Shown here: positions 25,323-33,856 of the stretch, one piece after another | Position numbering within the stretch: position 1 is the first letter of the stretch | How the letters are laid out: each line of letters starts with the position of its first letter | Translations under genes and position numbers: made by a program | NCBI GenBank assembly: GCA_050950025.1 | Contig: JBMNGW010000009.1 | Span: forward strand, 10,145 to 74,144 | Direction of reading: 5' to 3' | From: Sphaerochaetaceae bacterium | GTDB taxonomy: Bacteria; Spirochaetota; Spirochaetia; Sphaerochaetales; Sphaerochaetaceae | Length of the DNA: 64,000 nucleotides | Notes under the pieces: generated by a model | Databases searched by the model: none | What the model was told of the DNA's origin: nothing | The model's input: only the letters and a program-made list of their open reading frames with translations

Positions 25323-26346
25323 TCATCACCGCCACCGGTTTAAGCGATTGTACATTGGCACAGAGGATTTGGATGACGCTGGTAATCGGAACAGCCAAGA
25401 ACATGCCGGCGACTCCCCAAATAAAGCCCCACAGCGACAGCGAGACCAAAATAACAAATGGCGATAAATTTAATTGCACTCCCTGCATACGCGGATCGAG
25501 GATATTACCTAGGACCATTTGAATGGAAATCATCAACACTGCTACATAAATAATATTGGCCCAATTGGGGAAAAACTGCAAAAGAGCCATAATAATGGTC
25601 ATTACCGTAATAATAATTGACCCGATAGAGGGGATGAAGTTCAACACAAAAGCCAATACTCCCCACATAATGGCAAAATCGAGTGTGGTCGCTAAACTGG
25701 CTAAATAGAATAATATTCCGGTGGCTAAACTGATTAAGGCTTTGAGCAACAGATATTTGGAAATCTGGCGGTTGACCCGCTCAAACATCACGGCAACACG
25801 CATCCCTTTCCCCCCCGGTAAAGCGATGCGCAATTTGGGAATCAACGATTGGCGTTCCATCAATAAAAAGAGGACAAAGATATAGATAACCGATGCGGTG
25901 GAAAGAATGTTGATAGCTCTGCCGCTGACTGAAGTAAGGCTGCTGAGAATCACCCCCTGCCAATCAACATTCAGCTGAGTTAGGAAGCTGGTCCCCACAT
26001 CCATATTCAGCATATCGACAATCCAGGCATCAATAACAGAAAAACGCCTGATGTACATCGGCAGGCGTTTAATAAGGCGATCGACAGTGAAAAAGAAAAA
26101 CCAGCCAGCTATCAAAAAGACGATTAATAGAATCAGCATGGCAATGACAACGCCCAGCCAACGAGGAATTCTCAATTTTTCCAGTTTATTAAGAAATGGG
26201 TTGAACAGCAAAAAAAGGAAAAAAGAGATGAACAAAGGGAGAGTTACTGTGCTGGCAATTTTTAAAGTTGCAGCAACGAGAATTACGGCAATAGCTATTA
26301 AGGCAGTCTTACCAGCATCTTTGGGGGTTCTTCCCTGTTCTGACAT
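25195..26346 (-). CDS. AI-2E family transporter (PerM/UPF0118)
   Basis: Start chosen at ATG 26346 (MSEQGRTPKD). Multi-TM protein with a typical AI-2E C-terminal half and a basic tail. Confidence 0.8.
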   Translation of the reverse strand: MSEQGRTPKDAGKTALIAIAVILVAATLKIASTVTLPLFISFFLFLLFNPFLNKLEKLRIPRWLGVVIAMLILLIVFLIAGWFFFFTVDRLIKRLPMYIRRFSVIDAWIVDMLNMDVGTSFLTQLNVDWQGVILSSLTSVSGRAINILSTASVIYIFVLFLLMERQSLIPKLRIALPGGKGMRVAVMFERVNRQISKYLLLKALISLATGILFYLASLATTLDFAIMWGVLAFVLNFIPSIGSIIITVMTIIMALLQFFPNWANIIYVAVLMISIQMVLGNILDPRMQGVQLNLSPFVILVSLSLWGFIWGVAGMFLAVPITSVIQILCANVQSLKPVAVMIGSGKSYRKMLEEERKRSEMRKMRKEERQNKRKQRGKNTAES

Positions 26347-26401
26347 GAACTTACTATAAGCTAGCTTGGAAAATACTGCAATATCTGATAAAAATTCCAA
26401 T

Positions 26402-27130
26402 ATGAAAATCCATCCCAATCTGAGCAGAATTGCCATTGTTTTGGTAGAGCCTCAAGAATCGGCAAATATCGGCTCAGTGTGCAGGGCGATGAAAACCATG
26501 GGAGTTCAACGGCTGATCATTGTAGGCAACAAAGAGTACGACCAAAGCCGTATTGCTACCTTGGCAGTCCACGCAGCAGATATTTATGAACAGCATCGAC
26601 GTTTTGCCACCCTTAAAGAAGCCCTTGCTGAGTCTGTTTTAACAGTCGGAGCTACCCGTCGCCGAGGGAAGAATCGCAAATACTTTGCCCTTAGCCCAGA
26701 GCAACTGGCAGAGAAAATTAATCAAACAGGCTCCGGTGAAATAGCTATTGTATTTGGCAGAGAAGCAGATGGCCTTTCCGATGAAGAGCTACATCAGTGT
26801 CATTTAAGTGTGGCAATTCCCACTAGCGACCTTTTTCCCAGCCTTAATTTAGCCCAAGCCGTTCAAATCATCACTTACTCGTTGTTTCGCCACCTTAGTC
26901 CCACTTTGGGGTACGAACCGATAAGAGAAAAACGGGTCAGAGAAGTAGCCCATACTGCCGTATCTTCTTTAGAAGCCTTACGCTTTTACAATCAACATGA
27001 TCAAGCCGATTTGGAACGCTTTTTTCGAGACATTTTTGCCCGAGCCGCTTTAAGTGAAAAAGAGGCCCAGCGCCTAAGTAAAACGTTCATAAAAATTGGA
27101 CGCCTTGGCGCTCAGCAAAAGGAGAAATGA
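26402..27130 (+). CDS. trmJ: TrmH/SpoU-family RNA 2'-O-methyltransferase (TrmJ-like)
   Basis: ATG 26402 (MKIHPNLSRIAIVLVEPQESANIGSVCRAMKTMG). SPOUT motifs are present. The TTG at 26366 is less likely. Confidence 0.75.
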   Translation: MKIHPNLSRIAIVLVEPQESANIGSVCRAMKTMGVQRLIIVGNKEYDQSRIATLAVHAADIYEQHRRFATLKEALAESVLTVGATRRRGKNRKYFALSPEQLAEKINQTGSGEIAIVFGREADGLSDEELHQCHLSVAIPTSDLFPSLNLAQAVQIITYSLFRHLSPTLGYEPIREKRVREVAHTAVSSLEALRFYNQHDQADLERFFRDIFARAALSEKEAQRLSKTFIKIGRLGAQQKEK

Positions 27131-27936
27131 TGTCATCTTTTTTAGACCCCCTACCCCGCGTTATTGCCCATCGGGGCGACAGTCATAATCATCCCGAAAA
27201 TACGGTGCCCGCTTTTATAAGCGCGTTAAAGATGGGGATCGATGTCATTGAAACCGATGTCCATCTGACCAAAGATAACCAGATTGTCATTTGGCACGAT
27301 CCCACTTTGGAACGCAACACCAACGGACACGGAAAAATTGAAGATTATACGCTAGCAGAGCTAAAAACCTTTGATGCCGGGTATATGTTTAGCCCTGATG
27401 GGGGAATTACGTATCCCTATCGGGGCACAGGGGTGGTGATGGCAACACTGCAAGAGGCTTTGGAAGCCTGTCCCACGGTACGTTTCAATGTTGATCTTAA
27501 AACAAAAGATCGGAGAATTGTATCTGAATTTGTCCACGTTGTTACTGCTAAGCAGGCCCGCTTGCGAGTTTTATGTGCCAGCTTTCATAAAAGCAACTTA
27601 GATTTAATTCGAAAAACCGATCCCGACATCCTTACCAGTTTAACAACGATTGAAGTACTTCCCCTGCTCCTTAAGCAAAAAATGGGGCTGTTGGGTTCTG
27701 CTTCCAAGCAGAAAAGGAAAATGATTTTTCAAGTGCCGGTGCGCCAGTGGGGCATTGAAGTCATTACCTCCCGTTTTATCGAGGAGTTTCACCGTTTGGG
27801 GGCAATTATCCAAGTGTGGACTATTAACGAGGAAGAGGAGATGAGACGTCTATTTGCCATGGGAGTCGACAGCATTATGACTGACAACCCCGCTTTGGCT
27901 TTAGAAGTAGCTTCTCAAATGGGCCTTATAAATTAG
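27127..27936 (+). CDS. glycerophosphodiester phosphodiesterase family protein
   Basis: 269-aa ORF with VIAHRGDS, IETDVHLTKD and WTINEE motifs. Confidence 0.85.
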   Translation: MMSSFLDPLPRVIAHRGDSHNHPENTVPAFISALKMGIDVIETDVHLTKDNQIVIWHDPTLERNTNGHGKIEDYTLAELKTFDAGYMFSPDGGITYPYRGTGVVMATLQEALEACPTVRFNVDLKTKDRRIVSEFVHVVTAKQARLRVLCASFHKSNLDLIRKTDPDILTSLTTIEVLPLLLKQKMGLLGSASKQKRKMIFQVPVRQWGIEVITSRFIEEFHRLGAIIQVWTINEEEEMRRLFAMGVDSIMTDNPALALEVASQMGLIN

Positions 27937-28736
27937 TCGGAAGCCTCGGGTGTCCCCGCTTCCACTTTTTTAAAGTACTTGTAGGTACTTACCTTCAGCT
28001 CATTAGCTGCCTCTTCGTCACAGACAACCAGACAGTTGCTGTGGCTTTGCAAAATGCTGCAGGGCCACATCTGAGTCATCGGTCCTTCAATCATCGCCTG
28101 CAATGCCCGAGTCTTGCCATACCCATTTACTAATATGACAATCTGTTGGGCATCCATAATAGTTTTGATGCCAACAGTAACAGCCAGTTCGGGAACTTTA
28201 TTAATATCATCGTTAAAAAAACGGGAGTTTGCCGCTCGGGTATCGATTGTCAGTCTTTTCACCCGCGTTTGCGAATCGAAAGAGGAAAAGGGTTCATTAA
28301 AAGCAATATGACCATCTGATCCGATGCCTCCCAAAAAAAGATCGACTCCGCCAAAAGAGGCAATAGTTTTCTCGTACTCATAACACTCTTGGATAATATC
28401 AGGGGCATTGCCGTTTGGAATATGAATGTTTTCTTTGGGAATGTCGATATGCTTAAAAAAATGCTCTTCCATGAAGCGGTGATAGCTTTGTGGATGGTCT
28501 TCGGCCAAACCGATGTACTCATCCATATTAAATGTCACCACATGCTTAAATGATAAACCATCAGTTTGATGAAGTTTGATTAGATGGCGGTAAATTCCTA
28601 TGGGAGTGGATCCGGTAGGCAAACCAAGAACAAAAGGATCAGAAGAAGTTGGTCGATGGGCCCTGATGGCTCTACCTACATAACGGGCAGCCCATTCACT
28701 CATAGATTCATAGTCGTTTTCAATGATTAATCGCAT
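27933..28736 (-). CDS. nagB: glucosamine-6-phosphate deaminase
   Basis: 267-aa ORF with LGLPTGSTP, FNMDEY and GIGSDGHIAFNEP. Confidence 0.93.
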   Translation of the reverse strand: MRLIIENDYESMSEWAARYVGRAIRAHRPTSSDPFVLGLPTGSTPIGIYRHLIKLHQTDGLSFKHVVTFNMDEYIGLAEDHPQSYHRFMEEHFFKHIDIPKENIHIPNGNAPDIIQECYEYEKTIASFGGVDLFLGGIGSDGHIAFNEPFSSFDSQTRVKRLTIDTRAANSRFFNDDINKVPELAVTVGIKTIMDAQQIVILVNGYGKTRALQAMIEGPMTQMWPCSILQSHSNCLVVCDEEAANELKVSTYKYFKKVEAGTPEASD

Positions 28737-28939
28737 TAGGAGCTCCTTTGTGGCACCACAAGAATTTAACCATATTCTTTCGTATCACTCAACAAAAAAT
28801 GGAAAAAAATAGTATTTAGAAGTTCCAAAAACTCCATAACATAACCGCTAATGCCAAATAATTCCTTATCAGGGTTCTGTTTTGGATACCATTGTAAAAA
28901 GAACAGTAAATCAGCAGGTACCCCTCATCCCCTTCTTAT

Positions 28940-31660
28940 ATGATACGATACCCCATTATGGGTCAACGGGTACAATACGATAAACAGACAGTGGCAGTTC
29001 TCCTTTGGGATAAAGAGAGCAGAGCTTGGATTGATCAAAGCTCATCGATTACCGCAATTTACACCGCCTACAGATATAAAAAACATACCGGCTATACTGT
29101 CTATTTTCGGGGATCACAACGCTCTTACTTCTTTAAAAAAGAGAATGTCCGCTTTAAGAAAAAACGGAAAGCTCTTCAAGAACCCATTAGAGAAAAGGAA
29201 GCACCCCCTGTAGCAAAAGATGAAGTAGTACGAACTTTGGAACAGCTTAAGAAAAAACTCAATGCCAACAATTCTTTAAAGAAAGCAGAAACGCATTCTC
29301 CAAAACAGATTCATCAGTTCATTACCTACTACCAGAATCTTGCTGCCTATGCTCAGACCATTGCCGATGAGCAGAGTCCTCTTTTTATTCTTGCCCGCAG
29401 TTATCAACGGATGAATTTTTCTGTTCATTCAGTGTTAAACGATCTTTTTCGCAGCATATCAAGAAAATACCCGTTAGATGAAACGCCAATTATAGCACCC
29501 TTTATTTTTAACCAAAGCCAATTGAAAGCTATTGAACAAGCCCTTTGTTCCTCTATCTCTGTTATCGAAGGGCCCCCAGGAACAGGGAAAACGCAAACAA
29601 TTTTAAATCTTGTTGTTAACCTATTTATACGGGGAAAAAGCTGTGCCGTTGTTTCAAATAACAATACAGCCATTGATAACGTACAACAAAAATTCCAAGA
29701 AACTGAGTTTGAGTTCCTGCTGGCCCGCTTGGGTAACCAAGCATATGTAGAGACTTTTTTTGCCAGTCAAAGCAATGAAACATTAGAGAATCTTTTGCAA
29801 AATGCGTATCAGTACACCCCTTCATTTAACGAAATTGCTGCCCTTCATCACACAATGAAGGAAATTCAACAAGCAGAAGTGAAGCGTTCTCAATTGGAAG
29901 AGACTCGCCGCTGTTTAGAACTTGAATTGAAGCACCATAATGAGAAATGGGACAAAACACACCTTGTGCGACCTCACTACCCTTCTAAGACCTATATCGA
30001 ACTCCTTGTTCGTCTCCAAGAGCCGCGAAAAATAAGGTTTTTTGAGCGCAGGCGACTGGATCGAAAATTTGGCATCAATCTAAGACGCCAAGATCATAAC
30101 CAGCTTCTTGATGAAGCAGAAAACCGTTACTACCAAGCTAAGCTCCAAGAAATCGACCAAGAGCTTGAACAAGGTCAATTTTTTCTGGCCGGTAGTCACC
30201 CCCAAAAGGTAGAAAAGAGACTTCAACACCTCTCAACTCAAACTCTGAAACAAAAACTGATTCAGCACTATCAATCGTTTGAACAAAAACCCTTTACCCA
30301 AGCCACATTCAAACAAGAATTTGCCAGATTTATAAAGCGCTATCCAATCATTTTAAGTACCGCCCAGTCACTGTTGAACAATGTTCCTCATGGCTTTACT
30401 TTCGATTATTTAATTATTGATGAAGCCAGCCAAGGTGATTTATTAAGCAGCATTCTGGCTTTAAACCAAGCAAGAAATGTTGTTGTTATCGGAGACTCCA
30501 AACAACTGCAACAAATTGAGGAAGAGGCACTTTACGCCGAATCACGGCGATTGGCCCAAATCCATGCCATACCGCCCCATTATCGCTATGAAGCCAACTC
30601 AATTTTAACCACCACTAAGAAAGCTATCACTGATGTACCGACAACTCTTTTAAAAGAACACTACCGCTGTCCGCCCGCAATCATTCATTTCTGTAACCAG
30701 ATGTTCTACGATAACCAACTTGTTGCCATGACACATAATCATCAACAACATATTCGCATTATAAAGACTGTTGAAGGCAATCATGCTTACAAAAACCCAT
30801 ATGGTACAGGATTATATAACCAACGAGAAATTGATGAAGTCGGGAAGCTTCTAGAAAACCGAGTGGACCCTGATGTGGGGATTATTGCCCCTTTCCGTTA
30901 TCAAGCCGAATTGCTTAACAATCGCTATAGCTCTGCCACAATTGAGGCCGATACCATTCACCGTTTCCAAGGACGAGAAAAGAAAGAGATTATTCTTTCG
31001 TTCACCGTTAATGATATTGCCCAAGAAGGAAAAGACCGTCTTTCCGATTTTGTTACCAACCATCAACTGCTGAATGTAGCAATTTCACGAGCCAAAAACA
31101 CCATAACTGCCATTGTTTCTCATAAAGTCTACCATTCCAAAAATAATCCTATCAGCGATTTTATCCGCTATGCTGAGTATCACTACGGCTCGGCAGAAGA
31201 GTCGACGGTCACTTCAATTTTTGATCTGTTGCACAGCGATTATTCCAAATCTTATCTTAAAGCCATGCATCGAAAATCCACTCTCTACGCCAGTGAACTA
31301 TGGATGAGAGAGCTTATTACTACATCTCTTACCCATTACCCTAACATTTATGTCTCTATGCACCTGCGTCTTTCAAAACTACTGCGCTCAACAAAAGAAT
31401 TTTCCAAAAAAGAACAAGAATACTTGCTCCATCCTTGGACCCACGTTGATTTTCTCTTTTACAACAAGATTACCAAACAAGCTCTTTTTGTTATTGAAGT
31501 GGATGGAGTAACGTTTCATGAACAAAGGCCCAAACAACGGCGGCAAGATACCCTCAAAGACCGTGCCTTGCGGGCAAACGGCATTCCTGTTCATCGCTTT
31601 AAAACAAACGAATCGGAAGAAGAGAGAAAACTAAAAAACATTCTGGTTGATTATGCCTGA
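28940..31660 (+). CDS. Upf1/DNA2-like SF1 helicase fused to a C-terminal PD-(D/E)xK (Vsr/DUF559/DUF2726-like) endonuclease domain
   Basis: 906-aa ORF. Helicase motifs: Walker A GPPGTGKT, motif II LIIDEASQ, GDSKQL, EHYRC, TIHRFQGRE, LNVAISRAK. C-terminal nuclease-like motifs: HVDFLFY...FVIEVDGVTFHEQ...DRALRANGIPVHRF. The N-terminal ~80 aa and a long coiled-coil insert are unassigned. Confidence 0.8.
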   Translation: MIRYPIMGQRVQYDKQTVAVLLWDKESRAWIDQSSSITAIYTAYRYKKHTGYTVYFRGSQRSYFFKKENVRFKKKRKALQEPIREKEAPPVAKDEVVRTLEQLKKKLNANNSLKKAETHSPKQIHQFITYYQNLAAYAQTIADEQSPLFILARSYQRMNFSVHSVLNDLFRSISRKYPLDETPIIAPFIFNQSQLKAIEQALCSSISVIEGPPGTGKTQTILNLVVNLFIRGKSCAVVSNNNTAIDNVQQKFQETEFEFLLARLGNQAYVETFFASQSNETLENLLQNAYQYTPSFNEIAALHHTMKEIQQAEVKRSQLEETRRCLELELKHHNEKWDKTHLVRPHYPSKTYIELLVRLQEPRKIRFFERRRLDRKFGINLRRQDHNQLLDEAENRYYQAKLQEIDQELEQGQFFLAGSHPQKVEKRLQHLSTQTLKQKLIQHYQSFEQKPFTQATFKQEFARFIKRYPIILSTAQSLLNNVPHGFTFDYLIIDEASQGDLLSSILALNQARNVVVIGDSKQLQQIEEEALYAESRRLAQIHAIPPHYRYEANSILTTTKKAITDVPTTLLKEHYRCPPAIIHFCNQMFYDNQLVAMTHNHQQHIRIIKTVEGNHAYKNPYGTGLYNQREIDEVGKLLENRVDPDVGIIAPFRYQAELLNNRYSSATIEADTIHRFQGREKKEIILSFTVNDIAQEGKDRLSDFVTNHQLLNVAISRAKNTITAIVSHKVYHSKNNPISDFIRYAEYHYGSAEESTVTSIFDLLHSDYSKSYLKAMHRKSTLYASELWMRELITTSLTHYPNIYVSMHLRLSKLLRSTKEFSKKEQEYLLHPWTHVDFLFYNKITKQALFVIEVDGVTFHEQRPKQRRQDTLKDRALRANGIPVHRFKTNESEEERKLKNILVDYA

Positions 31661-31668
31661 TGATACAC

Positions 31669-32730
31669 CTATTGGATAACGCCTCCGCCAAGCACCGCTT
31701 CATCTTGGTAAAAGACAATAGATTGTCCGGGAGTAACGGCCTTTTGAGCCTCAGCAAACCGGACAATCACTGTTTTATTGGCTTGCACATCGATTAAAGC
31801 AGCTTTGGGCTTTCCGGTGGATCGAATTTTGGCTTTCACTTCATACCGGCCGCTAGGCTGTTCAATGAACATCCAATTAAGCTGTTCGGCAACTAAGCTT
31901 TGGGCAAACGTTTGTTCTTCAGTTCCCACGATCACGGTATTGGTTGAAGCATCAACACGCAGTACATAGAGTGGCAAAGCCGAAGAGATCTTCAACCCTC
32001 TTCTTTGGCCGATAGTGAAATTCCAATAGCCATTATGGGTTCCCAAAACAGTTCCCTGAGCATCCTCAATATTTCCTTCTAGCGGTTGGACATCGAGTAA
32101 ATCGCTGTATTGGCCGCTGTAAAAGTCTTGGCTCTCCTCAGTTTCTTCAGCAAAAAGACCAACTTGAAGAGCCAGATGTTTGACATCCTCTTTTTTTAGC
32201 TCTCCTAAGGGGAACATCACTTGAGAAAGCTGTTGTTGAGTAAGGCGATAAAGAAAATAACTTTGGTCTTTTTTAGGATCAAGGCCCATTAACAAGCCCC
32301 ATCTTTGGCCTCTTTTCTCCACACGAGCATAGTGGCCGGTGGCAAAGCGGTCAAACTGTATCCCTTTTTGAGCGGCAATGCGGGGAAGGGCCCCAAATTT
32401 AATCAGGCTGTTACACCAGATGCAGGGATTGGGAGTCCGTCCTGCCTTATACTCATGGCGAAAGTCCTCAAGAACAATCTGCTCATACTCTTTGGCACAA
32501 TCAAGCACATGGTATTCAATACCCAGCATTTCACTGATTCGCTGTGCTTGGGCAATATCTTCAGCTTCGTTAGGCCCGAAGCAGGCATTCTTCTTCAATT
32601 CACCGGTAAAAGGATTCCCCTTTTGCCATATCGACATGGTGGCTCCGACAACCTCGTGTCCTGCCTGCTGTAAAAGCAGAGCCGCAACAGCAGAGTCGAC
32701 TCCACCGCTGAGTCCAACCAATATACGCAT
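31669..32730 (-). CDS. mnmA: tRNA 2-thiouridine(34) synthase
   Basis: 353-aa ORF with MRILVGLSGGVDSAV (PP-loop) and NPCIWCN. Confidence 0.93.
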   Translation of the reverse strand: MRILVGLSGGVDSAVAALLLQQAGHEVVGATMSIWQKGNPFTGELKKNACFGPNEAEDIAQAQRISEMLGIEYHVLDCAKEYEQIVLEDFRHEYKAGRTPNPCIWCNSLIKFGALPRIAAQKGIQFDRFATGHYARVEKRGQRWGLLMGLDPKKDQSYFLYRLTQQQLSQVMFPLGELKKEDVKHLALQVGLFAEETEESQDFYSGQYSDLLDVQPLEGNIEDAQGTVLGTHNGYWNFTIGQRRGLKISSALPLYVLRVDASTNTVIVGTEEQTFAQSLVAEQLNWMFIEQPSGRYEVKAKIRSTGKPKAALIDVQANKTVIVRFAEAQKAVTPGQSIVFYQDEAVLGGGVIQ

Positions 32731-32764
32731 CTATTCCTCCACACGCCCCCAGGCGCAGTACCGT

Positions 32765-32802
32765 AAAAAAGAGAAACCGCTCCGGAAGTCTCCAGAGCGG
32801 TT
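32765..32802 (-). terminator. intrinsic terminator downstream of tRNA-Asp
   Basis: On the minus strand, AACCGCTC-N12-GAGCGGTT (32775-32802) is followed by TCTCTTTTTT. Confidence 0.6.
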
Positions 32803-32806
32803 CAAG

Positions 32807-32880
32807 CGAGGATGACGGGACTCGAACCCGCGATCTACGGCGTGACAGGCCGTCGCGATAACCAACTTCGCTACACCCTC
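32807..32880 (-). tRNA. tRNA-Asp (anticodon GTC)
   Basis: Hand fold: acceptor GAGGGTG/CATCCTC, anticodon stem ACGGC/GCCGT with loop CTGTCAC, T-arm GCGGG-TTCGAGT-CCCGT, discriminator G. No encoded CCA. Confidence 0.88.
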
Positions 32881-32894
32881 ATCAATGCATGAGG

Positions 32895-32923
32895 AACTTA
32901 CAACAACAAATGAGTTTTGTCAA
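32895..32923 (-). promoter_or_regulatory. sigma70-like promoter for tRNA-Asp
   Basis: On the minus strand, TTGACA (32923-32918), a 17-nt spacer and TAAGTT (32900-32895), about 15 nt upstream of the mature tRNA 5' end. Confidence 0.55.
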
Positions 32924-32945
32924 CCTCTGTGTATTGTTCTGTTAT

Positions 32946-33014
32946 TGTTCAGCGATTCTGATACCAACTAAGTGTTCAGCGATTCTGATACCTTTTTGCT
33001 TGTTCAACTGAACA
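32946..33014. repeat. two perfect 20-bp direct repeats (TGTTCAGCGATTCTGATACC) plus a TGTTCA-N2-TGAACA palindrome, in 27-28-bp register
   Basis: Copies at 32946-32965 and 32973-32992, and a palindrome at 33001-33014. TGTTCA begins at 32946, 32973 and 33001. Confidence 0.8.
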
Positions 33015-33168
33015 GTATTTCTATGGCAAATAGGCTGTTTTGTGCCACCCTCTCTTATTGAAACATACCCATTTCTCCCAATGGAGGATTGATTGCTCCC
33101 ATTACAACCATCCCATTAGAGAAAAGTCCATGAGCTTTTACCCCTAAAGCAATACGTCATACCTAAGC

Positions 33169-33264
33169 TTACAAAATACTGATAACTATTAACTGATTGT
33201 TTACAAAATAATGATAACTATTAAGTATAAGTTTACAAAATATTGCAAACTATTTGACTTATAT
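33169..33264. repeat. three tandem 32-bp imperfect direct repeats (TTACAAAATAnTGATAACTATTAA...)
   Basis: Units start at 33169, 33201 and 33233, an exact 32-bp period. Units 1 and 2 are nearly identical over about 24 bp; unit 3 is diverged (TTGCAAACTATTTGA). Confidence 0.8.
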
Positions 33265-33856
33265 CCTGAGTAGAAGGCTCATCCACATCGTTCCCGCCTA
33301 TAAGTGGTTGTTGTAGGGATAAAGGTGTTCCTCTGGCAAAAGCTCATTCCAACACGATGCTTTTGAGTACTTAGAATATCGCTAGCAGCTGCAAAACCCT
33401 CATTATCAAATTTGGGTAGGTCTGCAGAGTTTCATTGCGTGAGTCTTTTGTCTTGATGTGGCAGTGACTCCCTTAAGTTGGAATTCCGCTATCTGTCACC
33501 ATGGTCAAGGTTTTCACTTACAAGGAGGAAAACCAGGATTTAACCCATTGTAAGGCAACAAATAAACTGAACTTTTCTGAAGAATATTTTGTAGTGCTTT
33601 AGACTCATTTCTTTGTTTTGGTCTCTATCCAATGCAATCCTTTGATTAAGTATCCCTTTTGCTGATTTTGTGAAGGCTTGTTTTATTTTTGAATGAGAAG
33701 ATTGGAAGTAATTAGCCACGAAGTTTTGATTGACCACATAAAAAAAGGAGTATCTTCCTTTCATAACACTATTTTACAAAAACGTGTTACGATGGTACCA
33801 CACCATTTAGCTCCTCTTTCTCATTTGGAAAGCTAAATTACCTATTGGAGGTACCA

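Noticed and set aside
32946-32992. CRISPR array or tmRNA 5' end (GATTCTGA resembles the tmRNA GAUUCUGGAUUCGAC).
   Set aside because: There are only two repeat copies with a 7-bp spacer and no cas genes. There is no GGGG acceptor start, tag ORF or T-arm/ACCA end for a tmRNA.
33290-33560. Possible cobalamin riboswitch upstream of the Fe/B12-type ABC importer (TAGGGATAAAGGTG and GGAATTCCGC...CTGTCA resemble fragments of the B12 element).
   Set aside because: The B12 box (AGYCMGGAGACCKGCC-like) and the GCCACTG / CCCGC core are not present. The matches are short and out of order, and the element would sit more than 300 nt from the start codon. An Infernal scan is needed before any claim.
33540-33764. 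74-aa minus-strand ORF in the long intergenic region. I considered it as a remnant integrase or transposase N-terminus next to tRNA-Asp.
   Set aside because: It has no Shine-Dalgarno and no recognisable recombinase motif, and the flanking frames are full of stops. I cannot support it as a gene or pseudogene.
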